From Bacteroidia bacterium (GTDB taxonomy: Bacteria; Bacteroidota; Bacteroidia; Bacteroidales; GWA2-32-17): 64,000 bases of DNA. Where the stretch lies: contig JACREQ010000032.1 of the NCBI GenBank assembly GCA_016218155.1, positions 195,506 through 259,505 of the forward strand, in the 5' to 3' direction. The position numbers were made by a program, and so were the translations under genes. Positions 28,479 to 39,094 of this stretch are shown here, one piece after another (position 1 is the first letter of the stretch; every line of letters starts with the position of its first letter). A model generated the notes under the pieces. It was given only the letters and a program-made list of their open reading frames with translations. It searched no databases and had not been told where the DNA came from.

Positions 28479-30914
28479 CTACTTTGCTTTCTTTTTTACT
28501 GTTGTTTTCTTTTTTGAGCTAGCCTTTTTTGCAGGTGCAACTTTTTTTGTCTTTTCTGTTTTCTTTATTGGTGTTGATTTTTTAACCACAGCTGCTTTTT
28601 TCTGGGGCTTTGGCTTTTTCTCGGGACTTTGTTTAATTATTTCGATAAAATCATTGTAGGTCAGAGTATTCCAGTCAGTTTTTGAAGGAATTCTATAGTT
28701 TTCATCCTTATATTTAATATATGCACCGTATCTACCTTTTATAATATGTAAATCAGGATCTTCTTTAAAATCGCGTAAAGCAGCTGCTGCAGCCTGATTT
28801 TGTTTTTCAATAATTACTTCAATTGCTCTTTCTAAATTAATTGTATAAGGGTCATCAATACCTTTTTTTAATGAGCAGAATTTACTGTCATGTAAAACGT
28901 AAGGGCCAAATCTTCCAATATTTACTGAAATTTCCTTTCCATTATATAATCCTAATTTTCTTGGTAGTATAAACAATGAAAGAGCTTCTTCAAGTGTTAT
29001 AGTTTCTAAATACTGGCTTTTTTGTAAACTTGAGAAACGAGGTTTATCGTCTTCGTTATTGTCACCTAGCTGAGCAAGTGGTCCGTATTTGCCAAATTTA
29101 ACATAAACAGGCTTTCCTGAAACTGGATCTGTACCTAATAATCTTTCGCTTATATTTTTTTGATTTTTTCCTGTACTTTCAACAATCTTACTATGGAAAG
29201 TTTTGTAGAAAGTTTTAATCATTTTTGCCCAATCTTTATTTCCTTCGGCAATTTCGTCAAACTGAAGTTCTACTGAAGCAGTAAAATTAAAGTCGAGTAT
29301 GTCTGAAAAATTCTCTAAAAGAAAATCATTAACAATTATACCAGTATCGGTTGGAAATAATTTTGATTTTTCGTAGTTAAAGTTCTCTTTTTTAATTTGT
29401 TCTGAAATGTTATTGTTGCTTAATGTAATAACCACAACTTCTCTTTCACTACCTGCTCTGTCTTCTTTAATAACATATCCACGGTTTTGAACTGTAGAAA
29501 TTGTTGGGGCATATGTAGAAGGACGGCCTATTCCAAGTTCTTCTAATTTTCTAACTAAGCTGGCTTCAGAATATCTTGGAGGATGATGATTAAATTTCTC
29601 AAAAGCAGAAATGTTTTTCATTTCAATTTTTTGATTCTTCTGCATAGGAGGTAATAATGACCCAACTTCATCTTCAGTTTCATCATCAGTCGATTCCATA
29701 TAAACTGTTAGAAAACCGTCAAATTTTATTACTTCACCTGTTGCAATAAAGCTTTCTGATGCATTTGATGAATTGATCGTTACTATAGTTTTTTCAATTT
29801 GAGCCTCACTCATTTGTGAAGCAATAGCCCTTTTCCAGATTAGTTCATACAATCTTTTTTCGTTACCAGCAACAGCTATAGTGCTATTATTAAAGTATGT
29901 AGGTCTGATTGCTTCGTGAGCTTCCTGAGCACCTTTTGATTTTGTATTAAATTGGCGGGTTTTTGAATATTCTTTACCGTATTTTTCGTCAATTTCTTTT
30001 TTTGATGCAGCTATTGCAAGGTTTGACAAATGAACCGAGTCGGTTCTCATATATGTAATATGTCCTGCCTCATATAATTTTTGAGCTAAAGTCATTGTTT
30101 GGGCAACTGAAAAACTAAGTTTTCTGCTTGCTTCCTGTTGAAGTGTAGAAGTAGTAAATGGTGGAGCAGGAGATTTTGTTGAAGGTTTTGTTTGAATATC
30201 TGTAATTGTAAAGGTTGAGTTTTTACATTTTTCAAGAAATGCATGAGCTTCCTTTTTAGTATTAAAACCTTTTTGAATGTCTGCTTTTAATTCATATTTT
30301 TTTCCGTCTTTATCAGTAATAATAAATATTCCCGAAACTTTATACTGTGAAACAGCTGTAAATGCAAATATTTCACGCTCTCTTTCTACTATTAATCTTA
30401 CTGCAACTGACTGAACTCTACCTGCTGATAAACTTGGACGAATTTTTTTCCATAACAATGGTGAGAGTTCAAAACCTACTAATCTGTCAAGAATTCTGCG
30501 TGCTTGTTGTGCGTTAACTAAATTATAATCAATACCTCTTGGATTTTTAATAGCATTATTTATAGCCTCTTTAGTAATTTCATGAAAAACTATTCTTTTT
30601 GTATTAGCTTCTTTTAAATCTAATGTTTCAAAAAGATGCCACGAAATTGCTTCTCCTTCACGGTCTTCATCAGATGCAAGCCATACGAATTTTGCGCCTT
30701 TTGCAAGTTTCTTAAGTTCATTAACTGTTTTAACTTTATCTTCCGGAACTTCATAATTTGGCTTAAAGTTATCGTCGATGTCAACGCCAAGATTTTTTTT
30801 TGCTAAGTCGCGAATGTGTCCAAAACTTGATTTAACGAGGTATCCTTTTCCTAGAAATTTCTCAATAGTTTTGGCCTTTGCAGGAGATTCTACGATGACT
30901 AAATTTTCTTCCAT
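28479..30914 (-). CDS. topA: DNA topoisomerase I
   Basis: Toprim N-terminus LVIVESPAKAKTIEKFLG and active-site Tyr in GHITYMRTDS. The C-terminal Topo_C-type repeats lack Cys (GKYGPLAQL, GRFGPYV, GRYGAYIKY). A Lys-rich tail follows (...KKPKPQKKAAVVKK...KKKAK). Confidence 0.95.
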   Translation of the reverse strand: MEENLVIVESPAKAKTIEKFLGKGYLVKSSFGHIRDLAKKNLGVDIDDNFKPNYEVPEDKVKTVNELKKLAKGAKFVWLASDEDREGEAISWHLFETLDLKEANTKRIVFHEITKEAINNAIKNPRGIDYNLVNAQQARRILDRLVGFELSPLLWKKIRPSLSAGRVQSVAVRLIVEREREIFAFTAVSQYKVSGIFIITDKDGKKYELKADIQKGFNTKKEAHAFLEKCKNSTFTITDIQTKPSTKSPAPPFTTSTLQQEASRKLSFSVAQTMTLAQKLYEAGHITYMRTDSVHLSNLAIAASKKEIDEKYGKEYSKTRQFNTKSKGAQEAHEAIRPTYFNNSTIAVAGNEKRLYELIWKRAIASQMSEAQIEKTIVTINSSNASESFIATGEVIKFDGFLTVYMESTDDETEDEVGSLLPPMQKNQKIEMKNISAFEKFNHHPPRYSEASLVRKLEELGIGRPSTYAPTISTVQNRGYVIKEDRAGSEREVVVITLSNNNISEQIKKENFNYEKSKLFPTDTGIIVNDFLLENFSDILDFNFTASVELQFDEIAEGNKDWAKMIKTFYKTFHSKIVESTGKNQKNISERLLGTDPVSGKPVYVKFGKYGPLAQLGDNNEDDKPRFSSLQKSQYLETITLEEALSLFILPRKLGLYNGKEISVNIGRFGPYVLHDSKFCSLKKGIDDPYTINLERAIEVIIEKQNQAAAAALRDFKEDPDLHIIKGRYGAYIKYKDENYRIPSKTDWNTLTYNDFIEIIKQSPEKKPKPQKKAAVVKKSTPIKKTEKTKKVAPAKKASSKKKTTVKKKAK

Positions 30915-31014
30915 CTATTTTTTGTAATTTTGGGGTGCAATTTAAATATTTTCTTTTTAGGATTACTTTTATCCTTTTTTTAATAATAATATATATATAA
31001 TATTGGACTAAATC

Positions 31015-33357
31015 ATGGAAAAAAAAACAGTCAATAATACTGATCAGAAGGCTTTTAAGAAATATATAAAAATTTTATGGTTTATTTTTATTTTTCCAAT
31101 TATCTCTATTTTTTTATTATTCTTCTTTATTTCTGAAGGTTATTTTGGCTATATGCCGAGCTTCCCTGAGATGGAAAATCCGAAAAACAATCAGGCTTCA
31201 GAAGTTATTTCGAGTGATGGAGTTGTTTTGGGAAATTATTTTTTAGAAAACAGATCGAGTGTAAAATTTGAAAATCTATCTCCATATTTAGTTAAAGCAT
31301 TGGTAGCTACTGAGGATGCCAGGTTTTACTCTCATTCAGGAGTTGATTTAAAGGCAATTGTAAGAGCTGTAACGGGAATAGGCAGCAAGGGTGGTGGGAG
31401 TACAATTTCTCAGCAGTTAGCAAAAATGCTTTTTCCACGCGAGAATTTCTCGAATTTCTTTTCAAAAATAATAAGAAAGCTACGTGAGTGGGTAATGGCA
31501 GTTAAACTTGAGAAAAGATATACTAAAGAAGAAATTATAACAATGTATTTCAATAAGTTCGATTTTTTAAACTTAGCAGTTGGAGTAAAATCAGCATCAA
31601 AAATATATTTTAATTCAGATCCCGACTCACTTAGATTAGAACAGGCAGCTATGCTTGTTGGAATGGCAAAAAATCCTTCTTTATATAACCCAATTCGTCG
31701 CCCCGATTTAACTAAAGAAAGACGAAATGTAGTTTTAAGTCAGATGAAGAAGTACGATTACATTACTGAAGCACAGTTTGATTCGCTTAAACTTTTACCA
31801 TTGGATATTCACTTTCAAAGAGCTGATCATAAGGAAGGTATTGCAACCTATTTCCGAGAATATTTACGAACCATTATGGATGCAAAAGAGCCTATCGAAG
31901 AAAATTATATTGACAAACAAAAATATTATGAAGATTCGTTGAATTGGGAAACTAATCCACTTTACGGTTGGTGCAATAAAAATTTAAAGCCTGATGGAAC
32001 TCCTTATGATATTTATAAAGATGGTTTAAAAATTTATTCAACATTAAATTCCAGAATGCAGAAATATGCTGAATATGCTGTAGCAAGACATTTAAAAGAC
32101 GAAATGCAACCAAAGTTTTTTAAAGAACAAAAAGGGAGAGATAAAGCACCATATGCATGGAATATGAGTAAAGATCAGATTGAAGAAACAATGAACCTAT
32201 CAATGAGGCGAAGTGAGAGATATAGAGTTTTAAAATCACAAGGGTTGTCTTCAACTGAAATTGAAAAAACATTTCATGAGCCTACACAAATGTCAGTCTT
32301 TTCATGGAAAGGAGATATTGATACAGTTTTAACTCCATGGGATTCAATAAAGTATTATAAATATTACTTACGTGCAAGTTTAATGTCAATGGAGCCACAA
32401 ACTGGTTTTGTAAGAGCATATGTTGGAGGTTTTAATTATAAGCATTTTCAATATGACATGGTTGAATCCGGTAAACGTCAGGTTGGCTCAACTTTTAAAC
32501 CATTTCTTTATGCATTGGCTATGCAGGAAGGTTATTCTCCTTGCTATGAAGTTCCTCTTATTCCGGTAACTTTTGAATTACCAGATGGAAATATCTGGGT
32601 GCCTAAAAATAGCGGAAAAACAAAACGCGATGGACAAATGGTAACTTTAAAATGGGCTTTAGCAAATTCTGTAAATTGGATTTCTGCATGGCTAATGAAA
32701 CGTTATAGCCCAGATGCAGTAATTAATGTGGCAAGAAAAATGGGAGTTAGAAGTAGAATTGATGCAGTTCCATCTATTTGTCTTGGTACCCCCGAACTTA
32801 GTTTAGCAGAAATGGTCGGCGCATTCACTACTTTTTCAAATAAAGGAATTTATACTCAGCCAATATTTGTGACAAGAATTACAGATAAAAACGGTAATGT
32901 GTTATCAACTTTTAAACCTACAAGAACCGAATCTTTTAGTGAAGAAACTTCTTATTTGATGATAGAATTATTAAGAGGAGTTGTTTCATTTGGTACCAGT
33001 TGGCGCGTAAAAGGAAAATATAAAGTTGAAGGTGATATAGCAGCAAAAACCGGTACTACACAAAATAACTCTGATGGTTGGTATATTGGTTTAACTCCTC
33101 GTTTGGCAACAGGTGTTTGGGCAGGTGGCGAGGATAGGGGGATTCACTTTGCCAGTACTGAGAACGGACAGGGTGCAAGTATGTCTTTACCTATTTGGGC
33201 ATATTATATGGAAAAAGTTTATGCTGATAAAAAACTAGGTTATTCTACTTCCGATAAATTTGAAAAACCTAAAAGCATGAAAGTAAACGCTGATTGTAGT
33301 AAATCAAAAGACGAGGAACAGCCCGGAGGTGATATTTTAGAAGGGGTGGACCTTTAA
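31015..33357 (+). CDS. Penicillin-binding protein 1A (bifunctional transglycosylase/transpeptidase)
   Basis: GT51 motifs ATEDARFYSHSGVD, GGSTISQQLAK and RKLREW. Transpeptidase motifs STFKP, SVN and KTGT. Confidence 0.9.
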   Translation: MEKKTVNNTDQKAFKKYIKILWFIFIFPIISIFLLFFFISEGYFGYMPSFPEMENPKNNQASEVISSDGVVLGNYFLENRSSVKFENLSPYLVKALVATEDARFYSHSGVDLKAIVRAVTGIGSKGGGSTISQQLAKMLFPRENFSNFFSKIIRKLREWVMAVKLEKRYTKEEIITMYFNKFDFLNLAVGVKSASKIYFNSDPDSLRLEQAAMLVGMAKNPSLYNPIRRPDLTKERRNVVLSQMKKYDYITEAQFDSLKLLPLDIHFQRADHKEGIATYFREYLRTIMDAKEPIEENYIDKQKYYEDSLNWETNPLYGWCNKNLKPDGTPYDIYKDGLKIYSTLNSRMQKYAEYAVARHLKDEMQPKFFKEQKGRDKAPYAWNMSKDQIEETMNLSMRRSERYRVLKSQGLSSTEIEKTFHEPTQMSVFSWKGDIDTVLTPWDSIKYYKYYLRASLMSMEPQTGFVRAYVGGFNYKHFQYDMVESGKRQVGSTFKPFLYALAMQEGYSPCYEVPLIPVTFELPDGNIWVPKNSGKTKRDGQMVTLKWALANSVNWISAWLMKRYSPDAVINVARKMGVRSRIDAVPSICLGTPELSLAEMVGAFTTFSNKGIYTQPIFVTRITDKNGNVLSTFKPTRTESFSEETSYLMIELLRGVVSFGTSWRVKGKYKVEGDIAAKTGTTQNNSDGWYIGLTPRLATGVWAGGEDRGIHFASTENGQGASMSLPIWAYYMEKVYADKKLGYSTSDKFEKPKSMKVNADCSKSKDEEQPGGDILEGVDL

Positions 33358-33465
33358 GTTAAAAAGTTTAAAGTTCTTGGGTTATTAAGTTTTTAGGAAG
33401 CTTTAGCAGTTAGGGTGGATGGTAATTAAAAAGTTTTATTTTTTATGTAAATTAATTACGAAGAT

Positions 33466-33969
33466 TTATTTTTTACCATACTTATTAATAATATCTTCGA
33501 TTACTTTTTCTGTTAATTCAAACCCTTCTAGTAATGGAAAGCCCTGCCAGCGTACAATCCCGTCGGGGTCAACTAAAATTACATGAGGAATACCTTTTAC
33601 TTCCAAAGTCCTTTCCATTTGTCGCGTTGAGTCAATTGCCGAGTAATATTCAATTTCAGGAGTTTTCATTCTTTTAATTACTTCTTCTTTTTCGCCAGAA
33701 ATGCCAATTACTATTAAATCTTTTTTAAAGGTTTTACTATACTTATTTAATTCCGGAATTGCCTTACGGCATGGTCCACACCATGTTGCCCAAAAATCAA
33801 TTAATAAAAATTTACCTTTCATTTCTGGTTGATTTGTTAACCATTTTGTTACGTGAAATTCAGGTGCTTTTTTATCAATATAGGATTTAGCATATAGGTT
33901 TTTTTCAATTAGCTGGCTATAACCTGCAAAATTAAATAACATTACAAAAAATATGAAAAATGTTTTCAT
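33466..33969 (-). CDS. TlpA-like periplasmic thiol:disulfide oxidoreductase
   Basis: Signal peptide and a thioredoxin fold with FWATWCGPC. Confidence 0.75.
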   Translation of the reverse strand: MKTFFIFFVMLFNFAGYSQLIEKNLYAKSYIDKKAPEFHVTKWLTNQPEMKGKFLLIDFWATWCGPCRKAIPELNKYSKTFKKDLIVIGISGEKEEVIKRMKTPEIEYYSAIDSTRQMERTLEVKGIPHVILVDPDGIVRWQGFPLLEGFELTEKVIEDIINKYGKK

Positions 33970-33981
33970 CTGATTTATTTT

Positions 33982-35340
33982 TTAATGAAAAAGAATTTTA
34001 AATGCTTCTTCAACTTTAGCAACGGTAAAAATTTGAATTTTGTATTTTGAAAGGTCTATTCCTTTTAAACCATATTTTGAGATAAGCATTTTTTTAAATC
34101 CTAATTTTTCTGCTTCTCCTATTCGCTGTTCAACACGAGATACTGGACGTACTTCACCTGTTAAGCCAATTTCGCCTGCAATACAAATATCTTTTGAAAC
34201 CGGTCTGTCTAAATCAGAAGAAAGAACTGCTGCAATAACTGCTAAATCAATTGCAGGGTCGCTTACTTTTAATCCACCAGCAATATTTAAAAATACATCT
34301 TTTGCAGAAAGTCGGAAACCTGCTCTTTTTTCTAGAACAGCTAACAACATGCCTAGTCTTCTTAGGTCAAAACCCATTGAAGATCGTTGCGGGTTACCAT
34401 ATGCGGCTGAGCTAACCAAAGCCTGAACTTCAATTAATATTGGTCTTATTCCTTCAATAGTAGCAGCAACAACGGTTCCACTTAAAATTTCGTCAGTATG
34501 TGATAATAAAATATCAGAAGGATTAGGAACTTCTTTTAAACCTGTACTTTGCATTTCAAAAATTCCGATTTCGCTTGTTGAACCGAAACGGTTTTTGGTT
34601 GAACGAAGAATTCGGTATAAATTATTTAAATCACCTTCAAAAGCAAGAACTGTATCAACCATATGTTCTAAAACTTTTGGACCTGCAATATTTCCTTCTT
34701 TATTTATATGTCCGATTAAAAATATAGGTTTGTTGTTTTCCTTTGCGTATTTGAGTAACGAGGCAGTGCATTCGCGAACCTGAACAACAGTACCAGGTGA
34801 AGATTCTATTCTTTCTGATTGAATTGTCTGAATGGAATCTATTATTATTATATCAGGATTTACTTTGTCAAACTGAAGAAGAATATTTTCTAATATGCTT
34901 TCGCAATAAATATAACAATTTTCACCTTTACCTCCAATTCTGTCGGCACGTAATTTAAGCTGCTGTTCACTTTCTTCGCCCGAAACATACATTATTTTAT
35001 ATGAACTGACTCTAAGTGAAAATTGTAACATTAGTGTTGATTTTCCAATGCCTGGTTCACCGCCTATTAATATTACCGAACCTGGAACCAGACCTCCGCC
35101 AAGAACACGGTTTAGTTCAACGGATTTTGTGTTTAATCTTGGCTCAGGAGCAATTGTAATGTCAGTTACAAGTTTAGGACTAGCAGCATCTCTGGTTTTT
35201 CCGCTTGCAGATTTTACAGATTTTATTACCGGTTCTTCTATATATGAATTCCATTCTCCACATGAAGGACATTTACCAATCCATTTGGAAGATTCAACAC
35301 CACAGTTACTGCAGAAAAAAGCTGTTTTTTGTTTAGCCAT
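33982..35340 (-). CDS. radA: DNA repair protein RadA/Sms
   Basis: Zinc-finger motif CSNCGVESSKWIGKCPSCGEW, Walker A GGEPGIGKST, the KNRFG motif and a Lon-like C-terminal domain. Confidence 0.95.
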   Translation of the reverse strand: MAKQKTAFFCSNCGVESSKWIGKCPSCGEWNSYIEEPVIKSVKSASGKTRDAASPKLVTDITIAPEPRLNTKSVELNRVLGGGLVPGSVILIGGEPGIGKSTLMLQFSLRVSSYKIMYVSGEESEQQLKLRADRIGGKGENCYIYCESILENILLQFDKVNPDIIIIDSIQTIQSERIESSPGTVVQVRECTASLLKYAKENNKPIFLIGHINKEGNIAGPKVLEHMVDTVLAFEGDLNNLYRILRSTKNRFGSTSEIGIFEMQSTGLKEVPNPSDILLSHTDEILSGTVVAATIEGIRPILIEVQALVSSAAYGNPQRSSMGFDLRRLGMLLAVLEKRAGFRLSAKDVFLNIAGGLKVSDPAIDLAVIAAVLSSDLDRPVSKDICIAGEIGLTGEVRPVSRVEQRIGEAEKLGFKKMLISKYGLKGIDLSKYKIQIFTVAKVEEAFKILFH

Positions 35341-35341
35341 T

Positions 35342-35740
35342 TTAATTAGCTTTTACAAATTCAATTCTGTTAAATGCACCCTCAGAGCTACCATTATCAA
35401 GCATAATTCTTTGAATTATCAGATATTTTCTGTTAAGTGTTAAAACTTTATAAGTTCCATCAATTTCTCGTTTTATGCCATTAATTTTTAATAAGGTTGG
35501 CGATAATGCTTTTGCAGAAATTGACCAGTTAGCAGTATCGTAAACAACTGTATCTGTTGTTATTTTTGTAATAAATTTAAAATCTTCAGTAAAATTCCAG
35601 ATCTGTGTTGTGTTACCAACATTAGTTAAGTAAACATATTGCCAGCTGCCTAAAATCTTTTCTTCTTTTTTCTTTTGACAACTGATAAAAAATATTGAAC
35701 AACTAATAAGTATTGCAAAGATAAAAGCGAATCGTTTCAT
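35342..35740 (-). CDS. Small lipoprotein, lipocalin-like (paralog of the next gene)
   Basis: Lipobox ...FFISC, then KILGSWQY, at ~130 aa. The architecture matches 35746-36132. Confidence 0.45.
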   Translation of the reverse strand: MKRFAFIFAILISCSIFFISCQKKKEEKILGSWQYVYLTNVGNTTQIWNFTEDFKFITKITTDTVVYDTANWSISAKALSPTLLKINGIKREIDGTYKVLTLNRKYLIIQRIMLDNGSSEGAFNRIEFVKAN

Positions 35741-35745
35741 AAGAA

Positions 35746-36132
35746 CTATTCCTCATGACGTGTAAATTCTTTACGATTATAAGGTGATTGACACTGTAAA
35801 ACAAGAATTCTATTATTTAATTTTTCAATATAATAACTTGCATCTGTATATGCATCAACATTTCTCATTACAATATAATACTTTGTAAAATCAGCCTTTA
35901 ATTCATAATCTGCAGTGTCAACAATTGTATCTGTAATAACATATAGCTTATTGTCGGAATCAAATTTATATACAATTTTATTTCCTTGTTGGGCAGCGGT
36001 TTGAGGCAATAAATCCCATGAGCCTGTTAGTTTATTTTGTTTAGATTTTTTGCATCCAACAAAAGTTATTGAAGCTATTATTAAGCAAATAAATAGAATC
36101 CTAGCTCTCATGACAGTTTGAATTTTAAACAA
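35746..36132 (-). CDS. Small lipoprotein, lipocalin-like (paralog of the previous gene)
   Basis: Lipobox ...TFVGC, then KLTGSWDL. The likely true start is Met at 36111 (MRARILF...). Confidence 0.45.
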   Translation of the reverse strand: MFKIQTVMRARILFICLIIASITFVGCKKSKQNKLTGSWDLLPQTAAQQGNKIVYKFDSDNKLYVITDTIVDTADYELKADFTKYYIVMRNVDAYTDASYYIEKLNNRILVLQCQSPYNRKEFTRHEE

Positions 36133-36187
36133 ATCTACATTTTTTTACTAAAACAACAAAATTTATTTAAAGATTGAAATTATAAAA

Positions 36188-36685
36188 CTAATTTGAAATT
36201 TTGTTTATAATTGATGATGAAGAGTATCCGTCAATAAAGTCAATGGTTTTTACTTCACCTCCGTTATTAATCACAATATCGCTGCCAACTATTTTATCAA
36301 TAGTGTAATCACTTCCTTTAACAAGATATTTTGGTTTTATTACTTCAATCAGATTATAAGGAGTTTCTTCTTCAAAAATAACAACTGCCCCAACAAATTG
36401 CATTGATGCTAATATGATAGCTCTGCTTTGTTGATCCTGTATTGGTCTGTTTGCTCCTTTTAACTTTTTTACTGATTCATCGCTGTTTAGACCAATAATT
36501 AAATAATCACCCAACTGAGCTGCCTGTGCTAAATACTCTATATGCCCACGATGAATTATATCAAAACAACCATTTGTAAATACAATGCTTTTATTCTTAA
36601 AATTCAAAAATGAAAGTATTCTCTTGAACTCTATGTCAGAGCAACTACTATAAATTTTAGATTTAATAGTTTCAAGTTTTTCCAT
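36188..36685 (-). CDS. rfaE2: D-glycero-beta-D-manno-heptose 1-phosphate adenylyltransferase-like cytidylyltransferase
   Basis: Motif FTNGCFDIIHRGHIEYL (HxGH nucleotidyltransferase), at ~165 aa. Confidence 0.7.
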   Translation of the reverse strand: MEKLETIKSKIYSSCSDIEFKRILSFLNFKNKSIVFTNGCFDIIHRGHIEYLAQAAQLGDYLIIGLNSDESVKKLKGANRPIQDQQSRAIILASMQFVGAVVIFEEETPYNLIEVIKPKYLVKGSDYTIDKIVGSDIVINNGGEVKTIDFIDGYSSSSIINKISN

Positions 36686-36691
36686 ATCAAT

Positions 36692-37693
36692 TTATGATTG
36701 AGAAAGTTTTTTCTTTTGAGCAAAGAAGACTAGTAGTAGAGCAATCGGACCGGTAAGCAAAACCATTAAAGTTTGAGATTCATGGCATATTGTTGCATAT
36801 AATAATCCGTCAGCTTGAGAAATACCATAAAGCATTAAACCAAGAGAAACAATCCAATGATAGGCTCCAAAACCATTCTGAACAGGTGCCGACATACCTA
36901 ATCCACCAATTGTAAGAATAAAGAATGCGTCAAGAAAACTAAGGTTTTTTGTTGGTTCAATTGAAAAGAAAGCAACGTAGGTCATAAGAACATACATAGC
37001 CCAAATAAAAAATGTATGAAAAAAGAATAATCCGACTTTTTTCATTTTAAAAATAGATTTAAGACCATTTGCCAAACCTTTAATGAAATTATTTATTTTT
37101 TGAAAAACAGTAATTTTCATTAATTTTTTTTTCATAAAGAAAATAAGAGCTATCAGTATAACTATTGATGAAATTGAAATAACCCAAAAGGTAGGCGAAG
37201 AAAAGTACTTGTCATATAGTGGATTGAATATTTCTTTAGCAAAGAATCCACCCACTTGTTCAAATTTAACAATTAGCACAAATGCGATTATTAAAAGCAG
37301 ACAAAGAAAATCAACAACTCTTTCTGTAATTACTGTTCCGAATAGCTTGTCAATTGGTATGTCGTCAGTTTTATTAAGTGAACCGCATCTGGTAATTTCT
37401 CCTAATCTTGGCATGGCAATGTTTGCAAAGTATGCAATAAAAACAGCAAGAATAGCATTTTTATTTGACGGTTTATAACCTAATGGTTCAATTAAAAGTT
37501 TCCATCTTAATGCTCTGCTAACAAAGCCTAAAAGAGCAAAAACCAACGATAAACCTACCCAATAAAAATTAGCATCTTTAATATCATCCCATAATTTATG
37601 AAGATCAACATTTTTAAAAGCTAAATACAAAAGAATAATTCCGATTAATGGAAAAACTACAAAGTTTAGAATTATTCGGAATGTTTTTTTCAA
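36692..37693 (-). CDS. Lysylphosphatidylglycerol-synthase-TM-region (UPF0104) family membrane protein
   Basis: ~330-aa polytopic protein with the ...SRALRWKLL... and ...ITRCGSL... patterns typical of this family. Confidence 0.55.
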   Translation of the reverse strand: MKKTFRIILNFVVFPLIGIILLYLAFKNVDLHKLWDDIKDANFYWVGLSLVFALLGFVSRALRWKLLIEPLGYKPSNKNAILAVFIAYFANIAMPRLGEITRCGSLNKTDDIPIDKLFGTVITERVVDFLCLLLIIAFVLIVKFEQVGGFFAKEIFNPLYDKYFSSPTFWVISISSIVILIALIFFMKKKLMKITVFQKINNFIKGLANGLKSIFKMKKVGLFFFHTFFIWAMYVLMTYVAFFSIEPTKNLSFLDAFFILTIGGLGMSAPVQNGFGAYHWIVSLGLMLYGISQADGLLYATICHESQTLMVLLTGPIALLLVFFAQKKKLSQS

Positions 37694-37698
37694 TGTGT

Positions 37699-38049
37699 TT
37701 ACAATAAGCGATTTGTGGAAGTGTCTGGAAAAACTAGCCAGGGTTTGAAGGTTTTGGCTTCGTTAAAATCTATTGAGCAATACGATAAAATTATAACTAT
37801 ATCACCAACATAAAATTTTCTGGCAGCTGGTCCGTTTAGACAAATTACACCTGAATTTCTTTCACCTTTAATAACATAGGTTTCAATTCTTTCACCATTG
37901 TTTAGGTTTATTACCTGAACTTTTTCATTTTCCAGTAAGTTTGAAGCTTCTAAAAGTGCCTCGTCAATGGTAACGCTACCAACATATTGCAGGTTCGCTT
38001 CAGTAACAGTAACTCTGTGAATTTTTGATTTTAATACTTCGATTTTCAT
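37699..38049 (-). CDS. panD: Aspartate 1-decarboxylase
   Basis: [30 protein letters not shown] contains the Gly-Ser self-processing site. At 116 aa from ATG 38049, the track's longer N-extension is unlikely. Confidence 0.9.
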   Translation of the reverse strand: MKIEVLKSKIHRVTVTEANLQYVGSVTIDEALLEASNLLENEKVQVINLNNGERIETYVIKGERNSGVICLNGPAARKFYVGDIVIILSYCSIDFNEAKTFKPWLVFPDTSTNRLL

Positions 38050-38093
38050 CGTTAAGTTTTTAATTAAACTGTCTTTTTTTAAAGCGCACAAAA

Positions 38094-38942
38094 TTACAAA
38101 TTAATCTGAATATTATCTATCAGTCTTACATCTCCACAAAAAACCGCAATGCAGCAAGTTATTGATTTGTGATTTTTTATGTTGGTAACAATTTTAAGTG
38201 ACTCTGAATCTACAATTTCAATATATTCAATTTTAAATAAATTATTTGAATTAATTTGTTTAGCTGCCCAAATTTTAAATTCATTTAACTTATTCTCATT
38301 TAGAAAACCACCTATCTGCTTTAAAGTAGAATAAATTATTGCAGCTTCTTCAAACTCTTTGGTAGAAAGTCTTTTATTTCTAGAGCTCATTGCAAGTCCG
38401 TTACTTTCTCTTACAATAGGACATGAAATAATTTTTACAGTTGAGTTTGTTATTTTTACTAATTGCTTTATTATAGCTAATTGCTGAAAGTCTTTTTGAC
38501 CAAAATAAGCGTTATCAGGCTTAATAATCGAAAAAAGTTTATCTACTATTAATGCTACCCCCTGAAAATGTCCTGGTCTGTATTCGCCTTCCATAATACT
38601 TTCTAAGTAACCTAATTCAAATTTTGTGTTAACATTTTCTGGGTACATTTCTTTTTCACTAGGCATAAATACCAAGTCGCAATCAGTCTCAATAAGTTTA
38701 TTTAGATCTTCTTCAGGTTCTCTTGCGTATTTTATAAAATCTTGCTTATCATTAAACTGCGTAGGGTTTACAAAAATACTTACAACTGTAATATCGTTAT
38801 TTTCTTTAGAAGTTTTAATTAAAGATAAATGCCCAAAATGCAAAGCTCCCATTGTTGGCACAAATCCAATCTTTTTACCATTACTTTTTAAAGTACTTAA
38901 GTAAGAAGTGATTTCGGAAATTGTATTTATTACTTTCATCAT
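38094..38942 (-). CDS. panC: Pantoate--beta-alanine ligase
   Basis: Motifs [14 protein letters not shown] (HxGH), FGQKDFQQ and GLAMSSRN. The start is taken at the MMKVIN Met pair. Confidence 0.9.
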   Translation of the reverse strand: MMKVINTISEITSYLSTLKSNGKKIGFVPTMGALHFGHLSLIKTSKENNDITVVSIFVNPTQFNDKQDFIKYAREPEEDLNKLIETDCDLVFMPSEKEMYPENVNTKFELGYLESIMEGEYRPGHFQGVALIVDKLFSIIKPDNAYFGQKDFQQLAIIKQLVKITNSTVKIISCPIVRESNGLAMSSRNKRLSTKEFEEAAIIYSTLKQIGGFLNENKLNEFKIWAAKQINSNNLFKIEYIEIVDSESLKIVTNIKNHKSITCCIAVFCGDVRLIDNIQINL

Positions 38943-39058
38943 AAAATTTAAGGGAAGCAAAATAAGTCTAAAGTTTACTTACTATCAAAATAAAATCAAT
39001 CAATTTTAGTTTAAGTTATAATTGAATTTATTTAATTGATTAAAATCATTATTTTTCT

Positions 39059-39066
39059 TACCTTTG
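39059..39066 (+). promoter_or_regulatory. Candidate -7 promoter box (TACCTTTG)
   Basis: TAnnTTTG match 29 nt upstream of ATG 39095. Confidence 0.35.
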
Positions 39067-39094
39067 CAATTAATTAATACCTTTTAAGCTGCAC

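Noticed and set aside
33358-33465. The intergenic region after PBP1A has many TTAAAGT/TTAAGT-like words and could be a third copy of the 9-nt phased element.
   Set aside because: Spacing of the GT-starting words is 7-8 nt and irregular, and there is no AGTACT pair. The similarity is probably just AT-rich composition.
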